63,117 bases of DNA, filler included, from Octopus bimaculoides (GCF_001194135.2; 9 parts of 7 records of this genome joined end to end with filler, not necessarily neighbours in it); one strand, 5' to 3'; counted from the first letter of the whole stretch, positions 37,195 to 50,579 are shown. Numbers and translations are program-made. The notes: a model not told the origin generated them from the letters alone.

Positions 37195-37895
37195 CAAAAT
37201 GCATTCCAGAAGTTTTAAGACTTTTCCAGAAGAAACATCTATTAATTTCAAAGAAGTACAAAACTTTAATTGCCTTCAAATTAGGATCCTCTGACTTCAA
37301 TATACTTGTTGTAACGCTCTGGCCCCTTCGTGAAAGCCCCATTGAAGTCCTCCAAAGTGAAGAGTCCAGAACCCTTATCACAGCCTCCTTCATCTTTTCA
37401 GTGTTTTCAAAACGACTGTCCGAGATTCTTCTTCAGCTTGGGGAACAACCAAATGTCACAGGCAGCAAGGTCGGGACTGCAGGGAGGGTAAGGGACAGCT
37501 TCGATGCCCATCTCTTTGAAGTAGTTGTTTACCAGTATGCTCGTCACTGAACACCCTATCAACAAACTTTGCACAAATTTTACGCATGTTTAGATCTTCA
37601 TGAATAATTCTGTGTTCAATTGCCACAGCAACTCGACTATATGCTTATTGTGTTTTAAGAAATACTCAACGATCTTCAACCAGAAAACTGCGAATTTTCT
37701 CAACCAGCACTATGTTTTGACGTCCATCTCCCTCCAACACCACTCATAGTCTCTTACCTCCTCTCAACCGTCTCTGAACCACATGTGCCAGTGAAAAAGT
37801 TAATCCATAAGGAGTTTGGCGCACTTCATAAATTTCTTTAATATCTTCGCCCAGTTCAACACAACATTTTATTGCAAAGCGAATTTCCAAACGAC
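37195..37895 (-). mobile_element. Decayed, internally deleted mariner (Hsmar2/irritans-like)
   Basis: Minus strand IRFAIKCCVELGE...WHMWFRDG.EEVRD, then PYPPCSPDLAACDIWLFPKLKK...SFENTEKMKEAV...FTLEDFNGAFTK.PERYNKYIEVRGS.FEG. Confidence 0.75.
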
Positions 37896-39559
37896 CCGAC
37901 TGCATTCTGCAAACTAGTCAGTTGTGACAAACAATATTTAGTAGTGTGTATTCAAAGTACTGTTACAGTTGTCTCCTTCAGTCTAGAACAACAAAGTTGG
38001 CAGGTCAGCTTATTAGATGTGTCATAATGATGCTCTAATGTAGGACAGTTTTAACTGCCTCTCCTAAAAGTTATCTCAAAAACCTTATCCCTAAAATAGT
38101 GGTTCACTTACCTTTATGCATATCTATAGGTTCTTTAAAATCTTCTAACTCAAGACTTTTTAAAATTTTCTTCCTAAGAAAGTTCACCTCCAAAAAAGCA
38201 CCTAATTATATTCTCTTTTCTTTTGTCCTATATCCATTCTCACATTCTTTCCTCCTTCCTAAGAAAAAAGATATTTTTAACGCAAGTGTGAACTGATTAA
38301 TACTTAGTCCGACATTCAACAACTTGTTTTACCCTTGTTAACAGTTAAGCTATGAAATAAACTGAGGCGAGGCAGTGTTGGTGCTCCACTGACAGTTACA
38401 ATACCGCTTTAGTAACTGGATTTGCTCGACTTCACCATTTCAGTATTTAACACAATACCAGTTGGAAACACATAGGTCTGATTTAAAACTACGAACTTTG
38501 CTCTCTTGCTATGTCTTTAACAGTCACTCACTGCTACTTTTATATATTATTAACCGTCAGGAAATGTAGCACATATTTGCAAGGAATGTAAACTATGATA
38601 TAAATTTCCAGTTAACCTTGCAAAAATATTTACGAAGCAACAGAGCAAATGAATCAAATTGTATTTTGGCACGCGATTACATCTTATACGTTCCACATTG
38701 CATTTCGACAAATCCGGCTCTTATCCAACAAAGCGTTGCTGTAAATACCAAAGCCTCTAAAGTATTCGATAACGTGTAGAGTATTAAACAAACCATCAAC
38801 ACACCCACATAACCAACTTCATGGTATCAATATTACAGTTGATATGTGAAGAATGTTGTAGGGCAACAAGTGAAGACTTGCCAAAAGCGAGACTGCGATA
38901 GGGTTTCAATCCTTTGTTGAAGTTATTTTACTTGATTTGCCTTCTTAACACCTGTGGTTATTGGTGGTGGGGATTTTGTAGAGGGGAAAGTGACTGGCAG
39001 GAGCGAATATAATGATGATGCTTGTGGTTATGCTTGTTTTCATGCTTGTTGTTAGCAGACCTTATAATAGATATCCCAGCTGTGAACTTACCGTCTTTAT
39101 TCAGAAATTAATGTGTAGGCGCATTATTTAATGCTTTCTCCCCTTTTACGACGGTAGAATATGATTTGAGTGTTATTTTATTGCTATTTTCAGTAGGTTG
39201 TGTGACCATGCAGAGGCTCCAGCGAGTGCTTTCTTGATGGAGGTGGTTATACTAAGATATTAGCAGAATCTTATCGTGATGGTTATTGCATATGTGTATG
39301 TGTGTGTGTGGATGTAATGTATGTACGGAAGTATGTATGCATGTAAATATGCAGTATGTATGTATGTATGTATGTATGTATGTATGTATGTATGTATGTA
39401 TGTATTTACATGCATATATCCTTCTTCCATTTTTCCTGAATGTCCATTTAATACACCCTATTTGTTGTTCTTTCACCTCGTCTTTGTGTTTTCTTTATTT
39501 TGGGACTATATACACAGGGCGTTCGGAATATAAAAAACCATAAAACAGCTCACGAATGG

Positions 39560-40790
39560 AAAATCATCTGGGGACGATAGCATACCAGCTGAGATATGTA
39601 AATATGGTAGCAATCTCCTGCTGAACAAATTATGTGAACTCTTCTCCTTAATCTAGGAATCAGGATCAATCCCACAGGAGTTTAAAGACGTTTCTATTGT
39701 CCAGCTTTATAAGCACAAAGGCAATAAATGTGAACGTGACAATCATAGAGGTATCTCTCTTTTGTGTGTTGCCGGGAAGATCCTTGGAAGGGTTATCTTA
39801 AACAGACTCAACGATACCCTTGCCAGCTTAGTGTTGCCTGAATTTCAGTGTGGCTTTCGGGCTGGTAGAGGCACAGTGGATATCATTTTCAGCCTAAGGC
39901 AATTACAGGAAAAGACTCGTGAGCATAACCGAAACCTTTTTGTCACTTTTGTAGATCTAACCAAAGCTTTCGACACCGTATCTAGGGATGCTCTTTGGGT
40001 TGCCCTTAGAAAGCTAGGTGTTCTCGAAAAGATGCTCAATGTCATCATTTATTTCCATCAAGGGATAATAGCTTCTGTCAGAACTAGCAGAAAAGTGTCC
40101 GATTCATTCACAGTCTCAAATGGGACAAAACAAAGACGTGTTCTTACACTGCTCTTATTTGCTATATATTTCTCTGTCATGCTGGAAGCAGCGTTTGAAG
40201 GTGTTTAAGGAGTAAAGTTTGAATACTGAACTGGTGATGGTTCGTTCAACGAACAGTGCTTCAAAGCAAAAGCTAGGACTTTGGTGCAAACAGTTCGAGA
40301 TTTGTTCTTCATAGACGATTGTGCACTTGTAGCACACACTCTTGAGAATATGCAATGCATTCTAAATAACTTCTCGCATGCAACGAAGGCTTTTGGTCTG
40401 ACCATCAGCATCAAGAAAACTGAACTTGTCCATCAGCCCATTCGTGACCATCCTTCTGCTGTTGTCCCTACTGTATATGTTGATGGGAAAACATTAAAAA
40501 CTGTTTCCTCTAAAACTTATCTTGGTTCCATTATGTCCAATGATGGATAAAAAAATCGACTCCAGAATCGGGAAGGCTAGCTTCCCTTCTGGTAGCTTTA
40601 TCACAAGCTATGGAACAGCCACGACGTATCGTTGAAGGTGAAAGTCGATGTATACAAATTGGTGATTTTAACATCATTGTTTTATGATGCTGAATCATGG
40701 ACCCTGTACCGACAAAACATCAACCAGCTTGACTCTTTTCATATGCGATGTTCGCGTACTATCTCCATCATAAAAATGAGTGACCATATC
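39560..40790 (+). mobile_element. RTE-BovB-like LINE reverse transcriptase fragment
   Basis: DNHRGISLLCVAGKILGRVILNRL, QCGFRAGRGTVDIIFSLRQLQEK, FVDLTKAFDTVSR, LFFIDDCALVAH, YLGS and ESWTLY, broken by frameshifts and stops. Confidence 0.93.
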
Positions 40791-40826
40791 CATATCCATA
40801 TGCAACATATCAGGTACTGAAGCCAT

Positions 40827-40861
<35 letters not shown>

Positions 40862-41046
40862 TAAGGGAAAAGGAAAACAAAACCAAGGTAGGACAAGCTT
40901 ATCAGATTATTTTGAATGTTTATAGTTTGTATATTTGTATGTATGCNNNNNNNNNNNNNNNNNNNNNNNNNNNNNNNNNNNNNNNNNNNNTTAATTAATT
41001 AANNNNNNNNNNNNNNNNNNNNNNNNNNNNNNNNNNNNNNNNNNNN

Positions 41047-41400
41047 CACATGGTTCCGGGTTCAGTCCCACTACGTGGCACCTTGGGCAAAGTGTCTTCT
41101 ACTATAGCCTCGGACCGACCAAAGCCTTGTGAGTGGATTTGGTAGACGGAAACTGAAAAAAGCCCGTCGTATATATGTATATGTATATATGTGTGTTTGT
41201 GTGTCTGTGTTTAGTCCCCCGACATCGCTTGACAACCGATGCTGGTGTGTTTACGTCCCCGTAACTTAGTGGTTCGGCAAAAGATATCGATAGAATAAGT
41301 ACTAGGCTTCCAAAGAATAAGTCCTGGTGGTCGATTTGCTCGACTAAAGGCGGTGCTCCAGCATGGCCGCAGTCAAATGACTGAAACAAGTAAAACAGAC
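41047..41400 (+). mobile_element. SINE family A (near complete; head cut by gap)
   Basis: catggttccgggttcagtcccactacgtggcaccttgggcaa... through ...aaatgactgaaacaagtaaaa. Confidence 0.92.
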
Positions 41401-41789
41401 AATGACAGCAGCAGCAACAATAAGGAAGACATCAATGAAAATAATCGCAACAAAAACCAGAACAACACGAACCCCAACTAGGACATCGATATAGACATCG
41501 ACAACAACAATGACGACGACAAGGAAATCAGCAGCAGCAGCAGTGGCGGCGGCGGCGGCGGCGGCAGGAGCAAAATGAACCAAATAAGCGAAGGGAAGTT
41601 GTTCATCGGTGTATATATATATTGTTCAGTTGTAATGTTATACGACATTGCAGTATTATCTGGCCAGATTAGAATCGATGTAGAGAAAGCGGTAACTGTT
41701 TAATTGGAAATATGATGAATAGAAACATTAAATCAACTAGTCAACAGAACCGATTCCACACACAACGGTCGAATAACGTACAAAAGCGC

Positions 41790-41821
<32 letters not shown>

Positions 41822-43326
41822 NNNNNNNNNNNNNNNNNNNNNNNNNNNNNNNNNNNNNNNNNNNNNNNNNNNNNNNNNNNNNNNNNNNNNNNNNNNNNNN
41901 NNNNNNNNNNNNNNNNNNNNNNNNNNNNNNNNNNNNNNNNNNNNNNNNNNNNNNNNNNNNNNNNNNNNNNNNNNNNNNNNNNNNNNNNNNNNNNNNNNNN
42001 NNNNNNNNNNNNNNNNNNNNNNNNNNNNNNNNNNNNNNNNNNNNNNNNNNNNNNNNNNNNNNNNNNNNNNNNNNNNNNNNNNNNNNNNNNNNNNNNNNNN
42101 NNNNNNNNNNNNNNNNNNNNNNNNNNNNNNNNNNNNNNNNNNNNNNNNNNNNNNNNNNNNNNNNNNNNNNNNNNNNNNNNNNNNNNNNNNNNNNNNNNNN
42201 NNNNNNNNNNNNNNNNNNNNNNNNNNNNNNNNNNNNNNNNNNNNNNNNNNNNNNNNNNNNNNNNNNNNNNNNNNNNNNNNNNNNNNNNNNNNNNNNNNNN
42301 NNNNNNNNNNNNNNNNNNNNNNNNNNNNNNNNNNNNNNNNNNNNNNNNNNNNNNNNNNNNNNNNNNNNNNNNNNNNNNNNNNNNNNNNNNNNNNNNNNNN
42401 NNNNNNNNNNNNNNNNNNNNNNNNNNNNNNNNNNNNNNNNNNNNNNNNNNNNNNNNNNNNNNNNNNNNNNNNNNNNNNNNNNNNNNNNNNNNNNNNNNNN
42501 NNNNNNNNNNNNNNNNNNNNNNNNNNNNNNNNNNNNNNNNNNNNNNNNNNNNNNNNNNNNNNNNNNNNNNNNNNNNNNNNNNNNNNNNNNNNNNNNNNNN
42601 NNNNNNNNNNNNNNNNNNNNNNNNNNNNNNNNNNNNNNNNNNNNNNNNNNNNNNNNNNNNNNNNNNNNNNNNNNNNNNNNNNNNNNNNNNNNNNNNNNAT
42701 ATATATATATATATAAGCTTGTAATATAGATACAATATATATTAACGTATATGCACCCAAACATACACTGACGCATATATACATATGTATATGTATATAT
42801 ACATATGTGTGTACGGGTGTGACTGTGCGCGTATGTTTGAATGTGTAAGTATATGGGCAAATGCACATACATACCAGTAGACACATTCACAGATTCACAC
42901 ATATAGATGATTATTATTGTTTGTCAAAGAAACAGCCTGTGTAATCTAAATGTGAATGTGTAAGCGTTTCCAAAAAACGGCTGTGTGTATGCGCGCTTGT
43001 ATGTCTCTGTATATGTATTAGATTTACACACACGGACACATACACACACATGCGCATAGACACGCACTCACATTTACGCACACACACACCCGCGCGGGGA
43101 ACGTACAAAGTATTCCTGACAAACAAAGATGCTGATAATTTAGCCGTATAATTTGCAAACTATTATCTCAGATTGCAGCAGAAGGTAACTTGAAATTAGC
43201 CAGTCTTTTACATGGTTACACCCTGTAGGTACTGCGGTATTGCGTATGTAATTGACTTAAAAACGGGGTTACTATTACATAAAAGACACACGAGTAGTTT
43301 CAGATGTATATAGGTGCATATATATG

Positions 43327-43365
<39 letters not shown>

Positions 43366-44391
43366 NNNNNNNNNNNNNNNNNNNNNNNNNNNNNNNNNNN
43401 NNNNNNNNNNNNNNNNNNNNNNNNNNNNNNNNNNNNNNNNNNNNNNNNNNNNNNNNNNNNNNNNNNNNNNNNNNNNNNNNNNNNNNNNNNNNNNNNNNNN
43501 NNNNNNNNNNNNNNNNNNNNNNNNNNNNNNNNNNNNNNNNNNNNNNNNNNNNNNNNNNNNNNNNNNNNNNNNNNNNNNNNNNNNNNNNNNNNNNNNNNNN
43601 NNNNNNNNNNNNNNNNNNNNNNNNNNNNNNNNNNNNNNNNNNNNNNNNNNNNNNNNNNNNNNNNNNNNNNNNNNNNNNNNNNNNNNNNNNNNNNNNNNNN
43701 NNNNNNNNNNNNNNNNNNNNNNNNNNNNNNNNNNNNNNNNNNNNNNNNNNNNNNNNNNNNNNNNNNNNNNNNNNNNNNNNNNNNNNNNNNNNNNNNNNNN
43801 NNNNNNNNNNNNNNNNNNNNNNNNNNNNNNNNNNNNNNNNNNNNNNNNNNNNNNNNNNNNNNNNNNNNNNNNNNNNNNNNNNNNNNNNNNNNNNNNNNNN
43901 NNNNNNNNNNNNNNNNNNNNNNNNNNNNNNNNNNNNNNNNNNNNNNNNNNNNNNNNNNNNNNNNNNNNNNNNNNNNNNNNNNNNNNNNNNNNNNNNNNNN
44001 NNNNNNNNNNNNNNNNNNNNNNNNNNNNNNNNNNNNNNNNNNNNNNNNNNNNNNNNNNNNNNNNNNNNNNNNNNNNNNNNNNNNNNNNNNNNNNNNNATA
44101 TTATTTGATGGCGTTGGTGATTGTTGAGGACGTAGTGGCGGTGGTGGTGGTAGTGGAAGTGGTTGCTTTTAGTAGTGAGTACGTCGGTGATAGTTTTCAT
44201 TCTAGTAACTTAGTTTAGATTTTTAAAACAACCTCAGTCTATAGAAAATCAGTCTTAAAGGAAACGGATCTTTAGTTTTTTTTTCTTGACAATCCAAACA
44301 AAAACGTATTTATTCATTATCAATACGGTCTTATAGATTCGATCGGGGACATCTGATCACTGTTGTATTTCGTCATGGGAGAACAGTCGGT

Positions 44392-44620
44392 GGTTGTCAG
44401 CAAAATTGCACAAGACAGATGGGCGTGTCATTAAGCAAAAGAATGACGATTCACCGCCAACAGATCCGAGAAAAGAATACAAGGAAAATTCTCTCAAGCA
44501 ATCACATTGCTGCTTGTGCAAGAATGGACTTACCTAACTTCAGAATATTTCACCCAACAACAAATAATAAATAACGAAGCACAATTCATTAACAAATACA
44601 AAACAAACATTATAATATGG
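44392..44620 (+). mobile_element. Penelope-like GIY-YIG C-terminal fragment
   Basis: GCQQNCTRQMGVSLSKRMTIHRQQIRE...NHIAACA...FRIF resembles the PLE C-x-YIGQTG.TLRKRMTVHRQQI...HI..C pattern. Confidence 0.6.
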
Positions 44621-44762
44621 AGTCGTGCACCATTAGTCAATAAATAAGGAGCTTTAGTTCACATTTACACTTATCATAATTTTGTTATGTATTTCTGAGC
44701 CTTGAACTCTTTCTAAAGATGGAAATTTATGTTCATAAATAGATTATCTACTCCTGCGTGTA

Positions 44763-44819
<57 letters not shown>

Positions 44820-45544
44820 TTGTGTGTGTGTATGTGTTTGTGTGTTTGTGTGCACCTGCTCTAGGGATTCGTCTTCTTCGTATTCAGATTTTCAACCACA
44901 TACACGCGCAGGAGAGCGCGCACCTCCCTACATACTCGGAGACCACAACCTAAAAGACAAACAGTTTCTTCCTGAAAACAACATATATTTCAAAAAGCGA
45001 TTCTATACGAAAACTTTCATGAATTCAATTAAAATAAAATCGTACGCTTGACATAGTGGAACCCAACCTACACACAACAAAGGAAATATCCATTATCAAT
45101 AGAACTTTCAACCATCCTTCAAGTCATTTTTATTTATTCGGATATTCAACACAATATATACGTCTACACATATATAGCTGAACATATTCTGAATAGAAAA
45201 GAAATCTATCTAATTCAAACAATCTACTATTAAATTTAAAAAAAGAAATCTGCTGTTCAATTCAATAGAATTTTTGACACTTGACCTTTTGAACTCCATA
45301 CCAATGCCCTACGTACCCGACATATACAAGAAGGGACTTTAAGAGAAATGATCAAACATGGTCTTAACTACAAACAGAATATGAGAGCAAACTGTTTCAA
45401 GTGCTACCTTTTAATTTTTATTTTCTATTTCTTGACCATGATTTTTTAAATATTTGATAGGATGGAATAAACGTGGTAAAATTTTACGAAAATCACTTAA
45501 AGTAATAAATATCAAAATAATTTTCCTCTCTCATTAAAGAAAAA

Positions 45545-45637
45545 GTGTTTACGTCCTCGTAACTTAGAGCTTCGGCAAAAGAAACCAATAGAATAAGAAC
45601 TAGGCTTACAAAGAATAAGTCCTAGGGTCGATTTGCT
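45545..45637 (+). mobile_element. SINE family A, 3' part (cut by gap)
   Basis: gtgtttacgtcc.cgtaacttag...ttcggcaaaagaaacc.atagaataag.actaggcttacaaagaataagtcct.gggtcgatttgct. Confidence 0.85.
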
Positions 45638-45774
45638 NNNNNNNNNNNNNNNNNNNNNNNNNNNNNNNNNNNNNNNNNNNNNNNNNNNNNNNNNNNNNNN
45701 NNNNNNNNNNNNNNNNNNNNNNNNNNNNNNNNNNNNNATTTATCTATATGTGTATACATATATATATATTTATA

Positions 45775-45890
45775 GCTGCAGGCGTAGTTGTGTGGTATGA
45801 GACATGTTTCCAAACAACATGGTTCCGGGTTCAGTTCGCCTGCGTGTCACCTTGGGCATGTGTCTTCCACTATAGCCCCGAGCGAACCAA
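45775..45890 (+). mobile_element. SINE family A, 5' part
   Basis: gcagg...gttgtgtggta...catggttccgggttcagt...caccttgggca.gtgtcttc.actatagcc. Confidence 0.7.
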
Positions 45891-45975
45891 GTATATAAGT
45901 TAATAGAGAGATAAATAGAAAACTATATATATTTATATATATATATATATAAAAGAGAGATAGATAGATGGTTAA

Positions 45976-45976
<1 letters not shown>

Positions 45977-46042
<66 letters not shown>
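45977..46042. repeat. (AGAT)n microsatellite (a second array lies at ~53335-53388)
   Basis: Directly visible. Confidence 0.97.
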
Positions 46043-46043
<1 letters not shown>

Positions 46044-46773
46044 ACAGACAAATAGGAAGTATGCATGCCTACGCATGTATACTAGTACGAAGACATATTC
46101 CTGTATTCTAACAATCATGGAAAATCGCAATCGTGCAGATTTTTGCATTTGATGTGTATAAATGCCCACAGACACGCACACACGAATATACATTACAGCC
46201 AACCTTTATTATATTCTACAAAACTTTAGTCATGCACTTCAACCAGATGTGTAAACGGAGAGTTGAAACCATGTATGACTTGTAGGGGGTTTGTTGATCA
46301 AGTGTAGTTGCGCAGAGAGCCCATCCAGTCCTTAAAACAGGTCATTCACATGATCGGCTGTCGCTTTTCTCAGTTAAAAACGGACAGACAATTTCCTTGG
46401 GCCTGAGATTTCTTTTGGCGAAAGAGATTCTACAGTGGACAAAAATTGAAAGCACGGTTGACAGATAATTTTCTCTTTGACCAGTTATCAACTTCTTGTA
46501 CAACAAATGGAAGGGTGGAAATCGACGGAATTTTTCTCTTCTAGGCAGAAACGTGGGTGACACAGGTCTGTGAGCATGTGTGTATGTATGGTATTTTCGA
46601 TTGCAATTTATCAGCCTCTAAAACTACTCTTTATTTAACAGCAGACGATTTCAAAATACGCAATTTTTCCGTGAGTCTACTCTATTGATTTTGAATCGAA
46701 AGAATTCCAATTCACACGACACAAGAAAAATCTCTTAGATTTGATCTATATAAGCTTGATAAGTCAATAGCAC

Positions 46774-46817
<44 letters not shown>

Positions 46818-47351
46818 NNNNNNNNNNNNNNNNNNNNNNNNNNNNNNNNNNNNNNNNNNNNTTAATTAATTAANNNNNNNNNNNNNNNNNNNNNNNNNNN
46901 NNNNNNNNNNNNNNNNNTAATCAATTTGGAGATATTTGCTATCGAGTTGCAGATTTTTAACAATGCATTTGGCGATTATTTGCTTTATTTCTCAGGCAAA
47001 ATTTACAACTTAGAATAAAAGAATAAAATTATTATTTCATTCAAAAATTGATGAGCTTTGTTTTTAGTGATGACTTGAAATGGTAAATATTTTTTCTAAC
47101 TGTATTTGCTTGAAAAAACATACTTTTCTTTATATTAAGCAATTCATTATAATTACTTTTACGATGTGCCTAAATAAAAACCATCATTATAGATCAGCAT
47201 TTCTCAACCTTTTTCGCAATTTGGCTTCCCTTGGACATTGAAATAATTTATTTTGGCTCCACTGTGTTGATGAAAAATTTAATCCAGCTTCCCATGTATA
47301 TGAGATAGACAGGCCGGCCCATGACAAATCTGACAAAAGCGAGGACCCGCA

Positions 47352-47977
47352 GAACTACCAGCTCACGAACTGCATCTGAAAGTTGGCGCGCCAATCATGC
47401 TGCTAAGGAATTTAGATACTCCAATAATGTGCAATGGTACGCGGATGATTATCAAAAAACTGTGCTCCCGAGTTCTATAGGCAACAATTTTGAATGAACC
47501 GGCCGCTGGCTAAGACATACTTATAGCTCCCATGTCCCTTACCCACTCCAATACGACCTACAAGTTTAAACAGATGCAATTTCCCATCAAACTCTGCTTT
47601 CCCATGACAATCAGTGCAAGCAGTTGGTTTGAGTCTGATAGAGCAAGTATTCTCACACGCACAACTGTACGTTGGCTGTCCCCATGGTCTTTCTATTTGT
47701 GCACCCGAGGGAAGGACAAAGAATGTTGTCTACCAAGAGGCACTCCAATGATAACAATGGCAACTTCAACTGCTCCAATTTCAACTCCGCAATTTTTTCA
47801 TCATCATGCCAGGCCACGTAAGTCCAGTCTTGCTTTGCTCTCCTTACTAACTCACCATAACATTCTATTTTTTCTACCAAGATCCATAGCCCAAACACCA
47901 CTTCTTCCTCTTTTTTATGTCTTCGTTTCTCTCTTCGCGTTGTTCTCTGACTGGGTGAAACCAGGCTTAGCTGCTAG
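47352..47977 (+). mobile_element. Helitron 3' fragment: PIF1-type helicase C-terminus and 3' terminus
   Basis: PAHELHLKVGAPIMLLRNLD..MCNGTR...ATIL...FKQMQFPIKLCFPMTI...YVGC...APEGRTKNVVYQEAL. A terminal hairpin ctgg-gtgaaa-ccag is followed by CTAG (47974-47977) and T. Confidence 0.88.
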
Positions 47978-47997
47978 TATATATATATATATATATA

Positions 47998-48030
47998 GGC
48001 GCAGGAGTTGCTGTGTGGTAAGTAGCTTGC
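47998..48030 (+). mobile_element. SINE family A head, split by the 2.1-kb insertion; resumes at 50161-50332
   Basis: ggcgcaggagttgctgtgtggtaagtagcttgc joins ttaccaaccacatggttccaggttcagtcccactgcgtgg to restore the consensus. Confidence 0.9.
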
Positions 48031-50160
48031 ATACCTGACTTCTTGCATGTTGACTACTTCCTGTAGACCCGAGGAACAGAGTGGACAGGTGTTTTTCAAC
48101 TCCGTCCAATATTGAACTATTGAGAAGTCTGCTGAGGTAGGTGGAATTGTTTTTTTGGAGCTGGGTGAGAATTATTGTTGTATATATTTTTCACAGTAAA
48201 TTTCGCCTGCCTATGGCAACTGTAGTTGTTGCTCATTTTAGTGAGCAAAATTGTGTTTCTCGTTCATCTTTATTGGTAGGCGTGTTCGAGTCACCATAAC
48301 GGCAGACTGAGAATTTTTTGAAAACCTTTTGTGTCTCACTTAATTGCGAGAATTGTTGTTTTTGTGGGCGTATCTTGCCTCTGAAAAACTTGTGAAAATT
48401 CTAACAATTTGTGAAGGATTTTTGTGTTCCTGCTGCTGTGGCCTGGATTACCTTACTGGAATACCTTTATTGGAATACATGTAGGCCAGGATTACCGGGT
48501 GGCCGGAATTGTGTAGCTGTGACTTGAACTGTCTTCCTTCTTTCTTTTTCTCTGCTCTGTCTTTCTGTTCTTTTTGTATATAGTTTTTTTTTTAACTTTT
48601 TTTTCGTTGAACTTTTTTGTGAACTTTTTTGTGGAACATTTTGAATTTTTTTTGCAAGCATGGCAAAAAAGAGCAACACTATGTTGGAGTGGGAGCTTGT
48701 CCCACCCAAAAAGTGGCTGGAAGACCTGGAGAGGAGGGCAGTCGTGTTGCGAACCTATTCTAGGTCGTGCGACACCATTGCCCTCTTCAGCAAGGAGGTC
48801 ATAGAGGAGGAACTGGCAAGCTGCTTGCCAGCAAAAAGCTATTATATCTAAAGGGGAGTCGAATTTGCAATGGTGTGGTTGCTATTTGACTCCCCTGAAG
48901 AGGCTTGCAATGTAGCAAGCCAGCCCCTTGTAGGGGTGAAGATTTTGTTTCTTCCCACATACTGTGGGAAGAAGGTTACAAGGGCTTGGGTATGTGGTCT
49001 GCCGCCCGGAGTTCGGTCCGAATGGATCAAACAGACCATTTGTAGGGGTCTGGGCAGCGGCAGTACCAAGCTACTTGGTGTAAAAGTGGAGGCTGTGACT
49101 GACTGGGTTGGGTCAAAGGCAGTGCTGACCCTTTGGACCCAGTCAGCCAGTGACCTCATGTTCCCAGATTTTCTGGTAATGGCCGGGGCCAGGTATCCTG
49201 TGATACTGGAGGGACGCCCTCCCAAGTGTCACCTATGTTTGGAGTCTGGCTATATCAGGAAAAATTGCCCCCAGGGCCATGAAAAGGCCCAGGAGCAGGG
49301 TAAGAAGGAAGTGTCTGTTGCCCCCCGCCCATTGGTGGGGGAGACAAAGAAAGTCGTGGAGGTGAAAGCCTCCAGAAAAAGAAAGGTGAGCAACGGTGGT
49401 TGCTCACCAGGTGAAATGCAGCTTGTGGGGGAGGAAGAGGATCCCTTGGATGTGCCGGAGGAGGCCATAACCCCCGCAACAGGTAAAAAGAAAAGAAGAA
49501 ATGGGAGACAGTCGGCGGAAGTCACTGTGCCGCTGACCGAACCCGAGGCCCCTCCGTGGAAGTGTGACACCGGAGCGGGAGGTCCTGTCAGTGGAAAGTG
49601 TGCCACTGACAGAATAGATTGTGGTCTCTCCCAGTGAGGAGGAAATTGTCCTTTTCTTCCTTAGGGGAGGACCGGTAGAGACGTATTTAAATGAACTGTT
49701 AGAAGGAGAAAGGTTTGAAGTAACCTGCTTGGATAGTCTAAGTTGGCCTCCGCTGGTAATTGTGGAAGTCATTAGTCAGATAGAACTTAATATGGTCAAA
49801 GCAACCTGTGAACATGAAGAATTTGAAACACGTTTTCCGGGCCAACCATGGCGAGATTTCCTGGAGGCAGCAGGGATCCTGCTTGGAGGCCCGGACGAAG
49901 AGGATTAATAGATAAATGTTTTAATTGATTTTTATTGAACTTTTGAACTTTATTGTATTTTCATGTGATTTGTAGTGAACAATGTTTTCGAGGAGTTAGC
50001 GGTTGGCGGGCGCCAGTGCCCCTCCCATTTTTATTTTCATCCTTTTTGTTATCACCTTCATCTCATTAATGTCTGTGTCCAGGCCGCAGCTACTTTATGT
50101 TTGTCTGTCCTTGTTTGCCCCCTCTTTGTAAGGCCTTAATGGCCAATATTTAATGAAATA
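48031..50160 (+). mobile_element. ORF1-only (HAL1-like) Tx1/L1-type non-autonomous retroelement with 11-bp TSD
   Basis: TSD aagtagcttgc at 48020-48030 and 50161-50171; ~630-bp 5' UTR; gag-like ORF1; ~250-bp 3' UTR ending aaataaa. No endonuclease or RT motifs are seen. Confidence 0.8.
48660..49908 (+). pseudogene. ORF1 (nucleic-acid-binding, zinc-knuckle) of the element; one in-frame stop and one frameshift
   Basis: ORFs 48660-48851 and 48870-49637 are in the same frame, split by TAA at 48849. EGRPPKCHLCLESGYIRKNCP is CX2CX4(H to Y)X4C. The reading continues in a shifted frame at 49621-49908. Confidence 0.8.
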
Positions 50161-50579
50161 AAGTAGCTTGCTTACCAACCACATGGTTCCAGGTTCAGTC
50201 CCACTGCGTGGTACCTTGGGCAAGTATCTTCTACTATAGCTCCGGGCTGACCAAAGCCTTATGAGTAGATTTAGTAGATGGAAACTGAAAGAAGCCTGTT
50301 GTATATATGTATATATATATATGTATATATATNNNNNNNNNNNNNNNNNNNNNNNNNNNNNNNNNNNNNNNNNNNNTTAATTAATTAANNNNNNNNNNNN
50401 NNNNNNNNNNNNNNNNNNNNNNNNNNNNNNNNGTGCTTTTAATTATTAATTTTTCTATATGACAGTGGATTTTCATCGATGAGTTCATGAACCTTGGTTC
50501 TTTTCCCTAAAACTATATATTTATATTAGAAATAAGACATTTCTAAATCTCTCAGAGAGATTTAAGCAGTAGTGATGCG

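Noticed and set aside
37020-37550. 176-aa plus-strand ORF
   Set aside because: It is the antisense shadow of the minus-strand mariner transposase remnant.
41400-41580. Poly-Ala/Val ORF from mixed CAA/CAG/GGC runs
   Set aside because: A trinucleotide slippage tract extending from a SINE tail.
45050-45420. Possible additional PLE RT C-terminal remnant (PYVPDI-like)
   Set aside because: Only one weak motif is visible; too decayed to call without a search.
46296-46308. 13-nt match GATCAAGTGTAGT to U2 snRNA
   Set aside because: The flanks do not match U2, and a match of this length is expected by chance at this window size.
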